Source: a virus. Taken from it: a DNA stretch of 64,000 nt. How positions within the stretch are numbered: the first letter of the stretch is position 1; each line of letters opens with the position of its first letter. The translations under genes and the position numbers were made by a program. A model generated the notes under the pieces. The model was not told the DNA's origin and made no database searches. It saw nothing but the letters and a program-made list of their open reading frames with translations. Positions 27,871-37,889 of this stretch are shown in pieces. The stretch spans positions 1 to 64,000 of IMG/VR virus record IMGVR_UViG_3300032046_000016; one strand, 5' to 3'.

Positions 27871-28887
27871 TCAGGCAGAGCGCCTCTGGCCGCTCCAAGG
27901 AACCTCCGGGCGGTCCCAGGCACAAGGATCGGCAGCGGCCTTTCGCAGCAGCTTGCCCACGCCAACCCAGCAGCGACGCGAGAACGGCGACACCCTGCAG
28001 CGGCAGCGTGGGTGTAGGGGAGGATGATCGTGGCCGCTCGGAAACATGCCCCCGAAATGGGCGCTGGGAGGCGACGGCGCCAGGAGGCCGGACCGGAGAG
28101 GCACCGCGCCGGCCGCCTCGTTGTCCCGGCAGCGTGAGCAGGCGCCAAACTGGCAGATCCACTCGACGTACTCCACGCCGTTCTGCTGGAAGGTCATCAG
28201 GCGGCCGATCTGCCGCGTGCGCTTCAGCTCGGTCCTGGCGATCAGCTCGGCGCGGTCCCGGTTCTGAACGATCTTGTCTATCTGGCCAGTCATGCGCTCC
28301 GGCCCGAAGTTGCCGGACAACCCGCGGAGGATGGAGTTGGCGATGGAGCGGCGGGTCTGCTCACGGATTCCCTTGATGCTGGAGCCCACGGTCAGCGACA
28401 GCATGCGCCGGATCGCTGGGTCGCGGAGAACGAAGCGCTCGGGCGGGAAGCCCTCGCCCTTCGGGCCCGCCTTCTTGACGTCCTGAGCGGTGTAGCCCAG
28501 CTCGGTCAGGGCGTCGGCGCCGCCCCGCTGGAAGCCCAGGATCGCGTCCAGCGCCAGGACCGTTCCCATCTTGGCCCACAGACGCTGCGCCTCCTCGCTA
28601 TCGTCCCAGGCTGCCAGCAGCCCCTCGATGCGGCTGCGCGTCGAGTTGGGCGACAGGCGCACCCATTCCTCGACCGGCATCGAACGGCGCAGCTCCGCGA
28701 ACAGGCGGAGGACACCGAGGCCGGCCTTTACCTCGTGGGGCTCAATCAGGTCGCGGGGTTTCGGGCGTGTGGGGAGCGGAAGACGGTAGCGTTGCTGGGG
28801 CGTCGCCGCCTTGAGGATGTCAGTCGCCGGAGGGCTGAGAGTCGTGGTCCTGTGCCTCCCTTCGGCGATAGCCGTTACGCTCTCCAA
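27871..28887 (-). CDS. MuF / SPP1 gp7-like head morphogenesis protein
   Basis: RAELIARTE, C..C and PPLHPRCRC motifs. Confidence 0.9.
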   Translation of the reverse strand: MESVTAIAEGRHRTTTLSPPATDILKAATPQQRYRLPLPTRPKPRDLIEPHEVKAGLGVLRLFAELRRSMPVEEWVRLSPNSTRSRIEGLLAAWDDSEEAQRLWAKMGTVLALDAILGFQRGGADALTELGYTAQDVKKAGPKGEGFPPERFVLRDPAIRRMLSLTVGSSIKGIREQTRRSIANSILRGLSGNFGPERMTGQIDKIVQNRDRAELIARTELKRTRQIGRLMTFQQNGVEYVEWICQFGACSRCRDNEAAGAVPLRSGLLAPSPPSAHFGGMFPSGHDHPPLHPRCRCRVSPFSRRCWVGVGKLLRKAAADPCAWDRPEVPWSGQRRSA

Positions 28888-29122
28888 TCGCCGCCATCAG
28901 CGCCTGCAGGAGAAGGTCCCAAGGTCCGAGGCGCCGGCGCGGAAAGCCGGTTACCCGGCCGTGGCGCCAGGCCACACGCGGTCGCCGCCGCTTCGACAGG
29001 AACACCACGTAGTTGCCCATCGTCGGGCTTCCCGTGCAGTCGTTGGCGATCAGCGCCGTCCCCAGGTGCTCCCGCGGGGCGGCGCCGGCCGCAGGCACGG
29101 ACTCGACCGTCACCCTCAACAT
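28820..29122 (-). CDS. hypothetical protein
   Basis: Coupled ORF (I.ND.TG...GNY.V...V.GFPR). Confidence 0.55.
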   Translation of the reverse strand: MLRVTVESVPAAGAAPREHLGTALIANDCTGSPTMGNYVVFLSKRRRPRVAWRHGRVTGFPRRRLGPWDLLLQALMAAIGERNGYRRREAQDHDSQPSGD

Positions 29123-29268
29123 ACCGCCACCGCCTCGGGAGACCGGTTCCTCTTTATCTGTTGCAGGAGAAGCCGTAGCGCGCATTGCAGGCACACGTAC
29201 TCTTCCTCAAGAGGGTCGAAGTGCAGATCGCCGCCGCACTTCGGGCAGGCCTTCAGTACGAGCCTCAC
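29116..29268 (-). CDS. small zinc-ribbon protein
   Basis: CPKCGGDL...CLQC; GTG start overlaps portal stop. Confidence 0.6.
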   Translation of the reverse strand: MRLVLKACPKCGGDLHFDPLEEEYVCLQCALRLLLQQIKRNRSPEAVAVC

Positions 29269-30908
29269 ACCGCTAGCTGAAACAGCTCCTGCAGGTCCGC
29301 GCTCGCCGCCTTCTTCGTAGCCGCATCCACGCCGGCGTCCCGGAGGTCCTGGATCACGCTGTCGAAGTACCAGCGGATCTCGCCCTCGGTGTCCAGCTCC
29401 TGCATCGCCTTCTCGACCGCCACCTTCAGCGGGTCGGGAACCTGCGAGCTCAGGAACTTGCGCCGGCGGCCCCGCTCGCAGTCCTTGAGCGCGGCCCTCT
29501 TCCAGCGCCGCATCTCGTCCAGGACAGGCTGAGCGGCGTCGGCCTTCTGCGCCTTGCCTGCGCCCTCGGGCTGCACGAAGAGCGGAGTGGCCGCCTCGCC
29601 AGCCGGCACGAGGCCCTGATTCATCAGGAACGTATCGCCGCCCTCGTAGGGCTCCATGCCGCGCTTGGCGCGCCACTCGTTGCGGGTCTGCAGGCCGGAG
29701 CCGACCGCGCTCACGCCGACCGCCACCTCGTCGCTTTCCTTGGCGAAGTCCGGAACCTTGAACTGGATGCGCCAGCCCTTGATGCCCTTCCGCCAGAGGC
29801 GCCACATGTTCAGCGTCGTCTGCACGATCTCCTGCATGGGCTTGGCTTCCATCCAGTACAGGATCTGCTCCAGGCCCTCCAGGTTCGCGCGGTTGACGTC
29901 CTCGACCATGCCAAGCACGCCCGCCGATGCGCCCACGACGGACAGCATCTCGTTGCGGCTGAACGTCCGGCCCTTCAGGTACTCCGAGTCGCGGCCCGGA
30001 CCTGGACCGCTCACGAAGCTCTTGTAGTCGACGCCACCCTTCACGACAACGGCGTCGCGGTTGGCGTTCTCGACCCCCGCATACCAGGCCTCGATCTTAG
30101 CCTCCAGCGCTGCGAAATCGTCGTCCTCGATGTCCTCGGGCGCTGCCCACATGCCTGGTGGGGTGCGCTGATTGCGGAACGAGTTCTTGTTCCACGCCTG
30201 GGCGTACAGATCGGTGATAGCGGCGATGCGCAGCGACTCCAGGTCGGAGGCGGTCCACCGTCCCTCGATGTCGGGCACCTGGAAGTTCAGCACCTCGTCG
30301 ATGGCAAACTCGGCGGCTTTGCCCTCGAAGTACTGGATGTACGCCTTCTCCAGGTTGGGGAAGTAGCCCTTGGCGTCCACCATCGGCACCACCCGCCCCG
30401 GCATGACCACGAAGTCGATCTCGTCGCCGAAGCCGTTCTTGACGATCTCCCACGAGCAGAGGTTAAAGAGCTTCAGCCGGGCGAACGTCAGCCAGAGCTT
30501 GTGCACGGTGAGCTGCCACTGGCGGACGTTAATCACGGGCCCCTGGAGGTCGGGGTTAAAGAAGGTCCGCAGGTAGGCGCCAGCGTCGGGGTCGGGGTCT
30601 TCACCCTCTTCCAGCTCGTCGCGGGCCTCGACGATCTCCAGCGGCTGCGCCACGCAGATCAGGGCGATGCGCCGAATGGCGGCGCGCACCCAGGGTAGCG
30701 ACCGCCACAGGGCGACGAGCTCGAAGTGGCTGATCTGGGCGCTGCCCTCATACATGGCAGCCATCCCAGCGCCAAGCCCGTACAGGAAAGGTGGCCGCAT
30801 GAAGCTGCGCGGCTGCGGCGCGGACTTCGGCGATGGCGTCGCCGCCTTAATGACGCGCCGCTCGTGGCCAGGAGGAAGCCAGAGCTCAACCTCAGTCCCT
30901 GTCGTCAT
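29265..30908 (-). CDS. portal protein
   Basis: HK97-type portal motifs (WVRAAI, FRNQRTPPG, EDVNRAN, TRNEWRAKRGMEPYEGGD). Confidence 0.92.
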   Translation of the reverse strand: MTTGTEVELWLPPGHERRVIKAATPSPKSAPQPRSFMRPPFLYGLGAGMAAMYEGSAQISHFELVALWRSLPWVRAAIRRIALICVAQPLEIVEARDELEEGEDPDPDAGAYLRTFFNPDLQGPVINVRQWQLTVHKLWLTFARLKLFNLCSWEIVKNGFGDEIDFVVMPGRVVPMVDAKGYFPNLEKAYIQYFEGKAAEFAIDEVLNFQVPDIEGRWTASDLESLRIAAITDLYAQAWNKNSFRNQRTPPGMWAAPEDIEDDDFAALEAKIEAWYAGVENANRDAVVVKGGVDYKSFVSGPGPGRDSEYLKGRTFSRNEMLSVVGASAGVLGMVEDVNRANLEGLEQILYWMEAKPMQEIVQTTLNMWRLWRKGIKGWRIQFKVPDFAKESDEVAVGVSAVGSGLQTRNEWRAKRGMEPYEGGDTFLMNQGLVPAGEAATPLFVQPEGAGKAQKADAAQPVLDEMRRWKRAALKDCERGRRRKFLSSQVPDPLKVAVEKAMQELDTEGEIRWYFDSVIQDLRDAGVDAATKKAASADLQELFQLAV

Positions 30909-31053
30909 CTCTTGCTCCTTCGGCGGGCACTAACCGAGCCAGGGAGGATCACGGCGGAGGCGACGCTCTTCCGCGCCTGCTTCCTCGCCTGATGCTTAGC
31001 TATCTCATTCGCCCTGTGCGCGGACGCGGCCCTGCGCTTCCTGGCGTTATGGC

Positions 31054-31287
31054 TCACCCGCCGCCACCGTTCCGCTTTCCCTGTTGCTGTGCCTTCTCAG
31101 CGACCTCGGCCGCCAGCCGGCGATAGGTCGGTCGGGCGGCCACGACGTCCTGGCAGTGGCGCAGGGAGAACATGAAGTGAACCGGATCGCTCGGGGATTG
31201 CTGGGGCAGTTGGGAGAAGGCGGTCCAGGCGGCCGTTAGGTGCTCAAGAAGTGCCTTCTCAGCGTCGGTCAGGCCAGTCTCGCTCAC
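31054..31287 (-). CDS. hypothetical protein
   Basis: Coupled to terminase stop. Confidence 0.5.
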   Translation of the reverse strand: MSETGLTDAEKALLEHLTAAWTAFSQLPQQSPSDPVHFMFSLRHCQDVVAARPTYRRLAAEVAEKAQQQGKRNGGGG

Positions 31288-32867
31288 CTTTTCCCTCCCA
31301 AGACCCGGAACTCGGCCTCAGCGGGGAACCCCTTATCTACCCCCACACAGCCGTATGATACAGCATCACAACCGTGATCGGGATTGCTTCCGGCAACATT
31401 CTCCGCAGGCTGCTCGCCGTAGGTCCCATCGGGAAGCTGTACCCTGTGCCACACCTCCATCTCTTCGGCCAGGCCCGGCACTCTCGGGTGCACCTTGAAC
31501 CGGCGGTAACCGCTGTTGTCGCGGACGAAGCGCCGATAGACCGACACGCGATCGAGGATTCTCACCGGCTTGCTGAGGTCCCGGACCCGGCAGCGCTTTC
31601 GGATACGGTAGGCCGTCTCGGGTGAGCTGGGGTCGCCGTAGGAGACCCGCGGCTTCCTGTACGGGCCCCGCCGCTCGCCGCTGCGCGGGTCGCGGCAGAA
31701 GAAGCGTTCCTCCTTCTCGAGCGAGCCGTCGTGCACGTAGTCGAGGACCTCGTCGATGTCGTGCTGGGTGACGTAGACGCCGTCGAACACGTGGACGTCG
31801 CCGTTCTTGCAGAACTGGCACCAGTAGAGGACAAACGGGTCGGTGAAGCCGTAGTCCCAGCACCAGAACGTGGGGCCGGCCTCCGCGTCGTACTCGGCCT
31901 CCTCCGTCACGTTGCCGTCGGGCAGGACCGACCAGTTGGGCACCACCAGCCCCTGCCGCGACCCTCTTCGCACAAGGTACTGGACGATCCAGGTCTCCTC
32001 GTCAACCTCCTGGTGCCTGTGCAGGATATCTTCAAGCCTCAGGTGCCCACGGCTGTTTCGAACCCGGCCGCCGCACTCGCTCGGCTCGCGCCACAACGGG
32101 CAGCTCGGCGGCTCCAGGACAATCCCCCGCTTCACCCTCTCGGCGTCCTCACACATCGGGCAGGGCCGCATCGCCTCGTACACACACCAGCGGTAGACCC
32201 GGCGCCCACGCGCCGGCGCCTCATTGATGATCCGCTGCATCGTCCCGTGGACGGTCCGCAGGGCGCTCGTGATGATCTCCTGGAGCGGCACCTCGTCGCT
32301 GCTCAAGGGCATCCCCAGGAACTGCTGATAGACGTCCCACGGGCAGAAGTCGGCCTCGTCCAGCAGGCCGCGCTGCGGGTGCGGGCCCGACACACCGGTT
32401 ATGGTCCCGGGCAGGATCGCCACGAACGAGCCGTTGCGATACGTCGTCTTCCTCATCGTCGGCAGGGTCAGCGGGTCGCGGCGGAACGGCTTCATCTGGA
32501 AGTACTCAAGCAGATAGCCGTAGCCGAGCTGCGCCTGAGCCAGGATCGAGCCAACGTGGTTCGTCCCGCAGCGTTCGCGGAACCGGCTGTTCAGGTGGTC
32601 GAGGATCGACAGGTTCCTGGTCTTGCCGCCACCGCGCGGGCCCACGACGGCCGCGGATCGGAAGCGGTCGAAGATGGCGTCGGCCATGAAGTCGAGGGGC
32701 GCGACGTGGTCCTCGCAGACGGCCGCGTAGTCGATGTCAAACCCGAGGTGCTGGCTGACGTAGTGGAAGAGGTGCTCTCTATTCCTCGGCCGGATCTCGG
32801 GCAGGTGGTGCAGCCAGTCTGGGGGCCGACCGCCCTGTGCGGTTCTCGTAGAGGGCGCGGTAGGCAA
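31284..32867 (-). CDS. terminase large subunit (start uncertain)
   Basis: Walker A GPRGGGKT, Walker B LLDEAD, nuclease WDYGFTDP and DHGCDAVSY. Confidence 0.92.
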   Translation of the reverse strand: MPTAPSTRTAQGGRPPDWLHHLPEIRPRNREHLFHYVSQHLGFDIDYAAVCEDHVAPLDFMADAIFDRFRSAAVVGPRGGGKTRNLSILDHLNSRFRERCGTNHVGSILAQAQLGYGYLLEYFQMKPFRRDPLTLPTMRKTTYRNGSFVAILPGTITGVSGPHPQRGLLDEADFCPWDVYQQFLGMPLSSDEVPLQEIITSALRTVHGTMQRIINEAPARGRRVYRWCVYEAMRPCPMCEDAERVKRGIVLEPPSCPLWREPSECGGRVRNSRGHLRLEDILHRHQEVDEETWIVQYLVRRGSRQGLVVPNWSVLPDGNVTEEAEYDAEAGPTFWCWDYGFTDPFVLYWCQFCKNGDVHVFDGVYVTQHDIDEVLDYVHDGSLEKEERFFCRDPRSGERRGPYRKPRVSYGDPSSPETAYRIRKRCRVRDLSKPVRILDRVSVYRRFVRDNSGYRRFKVHPRVPGLAEEMEVWHRVQLPDGTYGEQPAENVAGSNPDHGCDAVSYGCVGVDKGFPAEAEFRVLGGKR

Positions 32868-33438
32868 CCAGCACCTCTTCCTCGACCTCAGGGGTGGCGC
32901 CAGTCCCAACGAAGACGTTGGTCTGGCTCTGCAGGAAGGTCGGCGGGACCGGGCGCGACGGGTACATTCCCACGTCCTGCCCGATCTCCCATATCTTACC
33001 AAGGACGGTGACCAGGGTTCGCGTGGCGCCGTCTATCTCTTCCATCAAGAAGCCCCCGCGCGCCCCTTCTTCCACCTCCATCGCCCGACCTATCCGGTCG
33101 ATCAAGGACGGCACCAGGCCGCTCAGCACTTCGAGGACGTTGATCTTGACGTCGATGCCGGCGAGCTTCTTCTGGATGAAGCTCTCGGGCAGCATCGCCG
33201 CGTCCGGAACGTGGGCCTCTCGGTAACGCTGGATGCAGCTTCGCCCTGGAATGGCGGCGAGCAGGTCGGGATAGTCGGCGTAGAGCGTGCGCAGGTAGCG
33301 TTCGACGCTGCCCGGCGACCAGCGCGACTGCAGCAGGTCAACGATGTCGTCGCAGAAGGGCGACGCCTCGACGCGGGACACGTGCCGCCCGCCCAACCGC
33401 TGCGGAGCTTTAACGGGTTCTTCGGGGTTCTCTCTCAT
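32779..33438 (-). CDS. probable terminase small subunit
   Basis: Helical protein with HTH-like N-terminus directly upstream of TerL. Confidence 0.6.
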   Translation of the reverse strand: MRENPEEPVKAPQRLGGRHVSRVEASPFCDDIVDLLQSRWSPGSVERYLRTLYADYPDLLAAIPGRSCIQRYREAHVPDAAMLPESFIQKKLAGIDVKINVLEVLSGLVPSLIDRIGRAMEVEEGARGGFLMEEIDGATRTLVTVLGKIWEIGQDVGMYPSRPVPPTFLQSQTNVFVGTGATPEVEEEVLVAYRALYENRTGRSAPRLAAPPARDPAEE

Positions 33439-34172
33439 GCCGCCCCCTTCAGCGGCGCGTAGACCTCCAGCAGCTCGTTCAGACGCTCGTTGATGTCCAC
33501 GCCAGCGCGCTCGCACTCCTCGGCGATGCGCGTGAGGTTCTTCATCGTACGCTCGCTCGCCCTCACCATCAAGTGCGTCCGGCCAGCGTACTTGAACACG
33601 ATGAAGCCCCAGTGCAACTGCTGGCCGTGCTCGGCCGTGATCTGCTTCAGCACCGACGCCAGGTCCTCGACGGTGGTGATTTCCCTCTTCGTCGCATCGA
33701 GCCGCTTGCGGATCTCGGGCGCAAGCTTGGCGCGCACGTCCCGAAACAGGCGCTTGAATTCGCTGTCCTCAGTAACGGCCATCAGCCGCCGTGTGGCGTC
33801 GGGCCCGTACTTGTTCGACAGCTCGAGAAAGACCCTGGTGAAGCCGACTCCGCTCATGCGCCCCTTCAGCATGTTGTCGCGGACCGTCTCGAACTTCCGC
33901 TTGTCCTCGTCGTAGTCGGCGAAGACGATGCAGGGAAGCTCCGGCATCTCCAGGAGCTTGGCGGCGCGCCAGCGATGCTCGCCAGCGATGATCTGGTATC
34001 TCCCGTCCGGCGTCGGCGCCACGCGCAGGGGCATCGTGAAGCCGTCCGCCTTGATGCTCTCCACCAGGGCGGCGAACGCGGCGTCGCTCTCCACGTTCGG
34101 GTTCCACTCGACCGGGTCCAGGAGGTCGACGGCGATCCTCTGCGGCTCCCGGATAGGAGGCGGTTTAGCCAT
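33435..34172 (-). CDS. ParB/Srx N-terminal domain protein
   Basis: WNPN...LVESIK.DGF..P...IIAGEHRWRAAK. Confidence 0.85.
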   Translation of the reverse strand: MAKPPPIREPQRIAVDLLDPVEWNPNVESDAAFAALVESIKADGFTMPLRVAPTPDGRYQIIAGEHRWRAAKLLEMPELPCIVFADYDEDKRKFETVRDNMLKGRMSGVGFTRVFLELSNKYGPDATRRLMAVTEDSEFKRLFRDVRAKLAPEIRKRLDATKREITTVEDLASVLKQITAEHGQQLHWGFIVFKYAGRTHLMVRASERTMKNLTRIAEECERAGVDINERLNELLEVYAPLKGAA

Positions 34173-34359
34173 CGGCAGGCGGCTCCAGCAATTCGTTGCG
34201 CTTCGCCCGCGGATCGTAGCGTTCCAGGGCCTCATCCACCAGGCGCCGGAGCGCCTCCGTGCGGTTCGTTTCCCAATCGACGGCCAGGTAGTCGATCATC
34301 TTCACCTGCCTGGTCGGGAGCCAGACATGAACGGCCTTGTCACCTTTACGCGGACTCAT
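34165..34359 (-). CDS. ribbon-helix-helix regulator
   Basis: VHVWLP...IDYLA...NRTEALRRLVDEAL. Confidence 0.7.
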   Translation of the reverse strand: MSPRKGDKAVHVWLPTRQVKMIDYLAVDWETNRTEALRRLVDEALERYDPRAKRNELLEPPADG

Positions 34360-35755
34360 GTTCAGCCTCCATGTAGGACGGCTCGGGCTGCAGGCAGTTG
34401 TCGACGAAGCCCGCCGGCAGCATGTTCTGGGTGAGGCAGGCGAGCATCTGCCCGCGCGAATTGAGCCCTTGTCGGAGTAGATTCGGCCTCATGTGCACAA
34501 GTGCACGGCCTAGGTCGCGGTATGAGCAGGGCGTCCCAACGCCGCGCAGGGCATTCTCCACCAGGTCCTCCGTCGCCTCGAGATCTCGGGCGGCGCGTTC
34601 GCGGGCCCGCTCTCTCCTATCGGCTACCCGGGCCTCCACGATGTCCAGGAGCGCGCCGATATTGGCGGTTCGATCGTAGCGCTCCCTAATCAGGGCCGGC
34701 ACGTGGGCGATGCGCCGCTTCGCCTCATCGTAGTTCTCGGCCACCCATCGCAGCATAGCGGCGCACTCCACGTCGTTCCGGAAGTAGAAGGGGTAGTCGG
34801 GCAGGAACTCGCCCTCGTTCCCCGTCCAGCGGACGAGCACCACGAGCCCGGCGTAGAGCTGCTCGAAGCAGGCGGCCGGAAACAGCTTCAGCGACTGCCA
34901 GTAGATGCTGGCGTGGCAGCGGCTCATGAGCGCCAGGGCGTCCTCCCAGGACAGGTTGGACATGGCGCGCACGACGCGCTGGGCGCCCATCCTCTTGACG
35001 ACGTCGTGCAGCCGCTTCCCTGTGTCAACGTAGGTCACGTAGACATCGGCCTCCCGGCCGCCGGCGACGTACTGGACGTAGTGCCCAACGGCCTTCTCGC
35101 CGCCCTTCGTCGCCGTGAAGCGCCCGCCGAAGTAGAAGCTGAACCGGTCGAACTTCGGGCCCCGCAGTCGGTCCAGCAGGTCGCAGTCGGGACCGATGGG
35201 CAGCACCGTGGTCCGCCGGTCGTAGTCGGCAATCAGGGGAGCTCCGCAGAGCGCCGCCACGACGTCCCGGGCCCGCTCCAGGGAGAAACGGCTCGGCATC
35301 ACGTTCACGTTCAGGGCGTAGCCCAAGGCCCAGGTCGCCAGGTCATCCCGCGACAGCGGCGTGACCTCGTCCGAGTCGAAGAACTTGGCGCTCACGTTCC
35401 AGATGACGACAGGCACCTCGTACATCGCCTTGTTCACGCCCTCCAGGAAGCGGCTCAGCACCAGGCCCTGGACGGGATTGTTCGTCAGCACGGCGTCGAT
35501 GGGATAGGCGAGCGGCTCGCGCCAGCGCTCCCACACCGAGGTCGGTATCAGCGCCTCGGCCTGCCGGCCGATCTTTGGCGTAGGCAGAAGGCGCTCGACG
35601 CGGTCGGTCAGGCCGTCAGCGGTGGCGCTGGGAGTGACGTAGTAGGAGAACCAGCCGCGCTCAGCGGCCAGGCGGACCCAGTCCCGGCTCAGGAGCCAGG
35701 AGCTGTCGGCGCCGAAGTGGCCGGCCTCGTAGACCGGGCAGACCAGGAGCCTCAT
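34346..35755 (-). CDS. GT-B (GT4-like) glycosyltransferase
   Basis: FGGRFTATKG, LMSRCHASIY and KLFPAACFEQLYAG (degenerate EX7E) motifs. Confidence 0.75.
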   Translation of the reverse strand: MRLLVCPVYEAGHFGADSSWLLSRDWVRLAAERGWFSYYVTPSATADGLTDRVERLLPTPKIGRQAEALIPTSVWERWREPLAYPIDAVLTNNPVQGLVLSRFLEGVNKAMYEVPVVIWNVSAKFFDSDEVTPLSRDDLATWALGYALNVNVMPSRFSLERARDVVAALCGAPLIADYDRRTTVLPIGPDCDLLDRLRGPKFDRFSFYFGGRFTATKGGEKAVGHYVQYVAGGREADVYVTYVDTGKRLHDVVKRMGAQRVVRAMSNLSWEDALALMSRCHASIYWQSLKLFPAACFEQLYAGLVVLVRWTGNEGEFLPDYPFYFRNDVECAAMLRWVAENYDEAKRRIAHVPALIRERYDRTANIGALLDIVEARVADRRERARERAARDLEATEDLVENALRGVGTPCSYRDLGRALVHMRPNLLRQGLNSRGQMLACLTQNMLPAGFVDNCLQPEPSYMEAEHESA

Positions 35756-36723
35756 ACCAGGATTTCACCCGCGGCGGCCCTATCGACGTCAGCGGCGAGC
35801 ATCATCTCAATGAGCTCGTCGAAAGAGGTACGCGGCCGCCAGCCAAGCTCCTCGAAGGCGCGCGTGGGGTCGGCGATCAGATTGGCGGTCTCCAGAGGGC
35901 GCTCCCGGGCCTCGTCGTGCTTGACTACCTTCTCGGGGTCGAGGCCCGCCAGGCTGCAGGCCAGCGATACCAGCTCGCCGACCGTTCGACCGACGCCGGT
36001 CCCGATCACCAGGTCCGCCGGCGTGGGCTGCTGGAGCATCAGGTGCACCGCCTCCATGTAGTCGGCGGCGTACCCCCAATCCCGGACGGCCGTCAGCCGG
36101 CCGATGGGCAGGTAGTCGCGGCGGCCGGCCTTAATCTCGGCCAGCCCCTTCGTCACGTGCCTGGTGACGAACTCCGCACCCCGCCAGGGCGACTCGTGGT
36201 TAAAGAGGATGCCCGACACCACGTACATGCCATAGGACCGCCGATAGACGTCGCACATCTGGTGGGCGAACACCTTCGCGCAGGCGTAGGGGCTCACCGG
36301 ATGGAAGGGCGTCGTTTCGCTCTGAGGCGGTGGTGAGTGGCCGAACATCTCAGACGAGCAGGCCTGGTAGACGCGGACCTTGCTCGCCCCCGACTGCCTC
36401 ACCGCTTCCAGCACCCTGACGGGCCCGAGACCGGTCAGCAGCGCCGTCAGCTCGACGTGATCCCAGGAAGCCGGCACGAAGGTCAACGCGGCCAGATTGT
36501 AGATCTCGTCGGGCCCGACCTTCTCAAGGGCGGCGCAGATCGACCACGGGTCGAGTAGGTCGGCGGCCACGAGCTTCATGCCCGGCGCCCGCTGCCGCGC
36601 CAGGGGCTCCCCGTAGCGATCATGGCTGGCCAGCGTACCGAACACCTCGTAGCCCATCTTCTCCAGGTGAACGGCGAGGTACGGCCCGTCCTGGCCGGTG
36701 ATCCCCGTGATCAGCGCGCGCAC
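35752..36723 (-). CDS. gmd: GDP-mannose 4,6-dehydratase
   Basis: ALITGITGQDG, EIYNLAA, SSEMFG, SPYACAK, GILFNHESP.RG.EFVTR, RDWGYA. Confidence 0.95.
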   Translation of the reverse strand: MRALITGITGQDGPYLAVHLEKMGYEVFGTLASHDRYGEPLARQRAPGMKLVAADLLDPWSICAALEKVGPDEIYNLAALTFVPASWDHVELTALLTGLGPVRVLEAVRQSGASKVRVYQACSSEMFGHSPPPQSETTPFHPVSPYACAKVFAHQMCDVYRRSYGMYVVSGILFNHESPWRGAEFVTRHVTKGLAEIKAGRRDYLPIGRLTAVRDWGYAADYMEAVHLMLQQPTPADLVIGTGVGRTVGELVSLACSLAGLDPEKVVKHDEARERPLETANLIADPTRAFEELGWRPRTSFDELIEMMLAADVDRAAAGEILV

Positions 36724-37856
36724 ATTACCCTCTCAAGAGCGTCGGCTACTCTCATCACGTCCCGAGCGGATACGTTCGGGCCGATTGGCAGGCAGATGCC
36801 CGTCTTCCAGATGGAGCTCGCGCAGGGCATAGCGTGCACAACGCCGGCGCCGTGGTCCTTATGGAAGGGGAGGAGGTGCATCGGCGTGAAGGCGGCGATG
36901 GTCTCGATGCCGCGCTCGCTGAGGGCGACCGCGACGTCAGCAGGCTGATGGGCAGACTTCAGCGAGACGCAGAGTCGGTAGTAGACGTGACCACGAACGT
37001 CGACCGGCACGGCGATAGGTAGGTCGCGGAGCGCGGACCTGTAGACCTCGGCTATCCGTTGCCGGTGTGCCACCAGCGACTGCACCCTGCCGATCTGCGG
37101 GATGCCGAAGGCGGCCTGGAGGTTCGACATCTGGCATCCGAAGCCAAGGCCGGCGGCGTCGTAACGGGCCCACTCCCCGACGTGGAGAAACAGATCCCGG
37201 CGGGATCGGACCGCGATCGCCAGCTCCTCGTCGTCCGTTATGACTGCGCCGCCGGCTCCCCCCGTCGTGATGATCTTGTCGCCACGGAAGCTGAAACAAC
37301 CGGCGAGGCCGCTATGCCCGACGAGCCTGCCATCCTCGTACCAGGCGCCGGCCGCCTCGCAAGCGTCCTCGATGATAGGCACCCCGACCTCCTCGCACAC
37401 CTGAAAGACGTCGGGATGCACGGGCGCGCCGTAGACGTGAACGGGCACCACGGCCAGGACGTTCGCCGGCCCCAGCTCGGCCAGCAGCTCGGACAGCCGA
37501 TCGGGAGCCATCCCAAGGCGCTCAGGCTCGGCGTCTACCACCGCCACCTTGCAGCCGGCATGAACCGCCGCGGCGTAGGTCGGGGCGCAGGTGTAGGTTG
37601 CCGTCACGACGATGGAGCCGGATCTGCGCTCGCGCAGAGCATCCAGGACGGTCAGCAGGGCGGCAGTGCCCGAGCTGACAGCCACGCAGTGCTGGGCGTG
37701 GAGGAAGGCTGACCACATGCGCTCGAAGACCTGCACGTAGTCGCCTGGGGAGAGCCACCCGCTATCGAGGCAGGAGAGAACGCTGGACCGCTCGGGTTCG
37801 CCGAACTCGGGCGATGTCAGGGCAAGCGGCGGGGACGGCATTGCCATTTGCGCCAA
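36711..37856 (-). CDS. DegT/DnrJ/EryC1/StrS aminotransferase (perosamine synthase-like)
   Basis: SSGTAAL, PVHVYG, IEDACEA, FSFRGDKIITTG (PLP Lys), MSNLQAAFG. Confidence 0.92.
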   Translation of the reverse strand: MAQMAMPSPPLALTSPEFGEPERSSVLSCLDSGWLSPGDYVQVFERMWSAFLHAQHCVAVSSGTAALLTVLDALRERRSGSIVVTATYTCAPTYAAAVHAGCKVAVVDAEPERLGMAPDRLSELLAELGPANVLAVVPVHVYGAPVHPDVFQVCEEVGVPIIEDACEAAGAWYEDGRLVGHSGLAGCFSFRGDKIITTGGAGGAVITDDEELAIAVRSRRDLFLHVGEWARYDAAGLGFGCQMSNLQAAFGIPQIGRVQSLVAHRQRIAEVYRSALRDLPIAVPVDVRGHVYYRLCVSLKSAHQPADVAVALSERGIETIAAFTPMHLLPFHKDHGAGVVHAMPCASSIWKTGICLPIGPNVSARDVMRVADALERVMCAR

Positions 37857-37889
37857 TGATACTCGAAGGGTCGGGGGCTGAAAAGAGGG

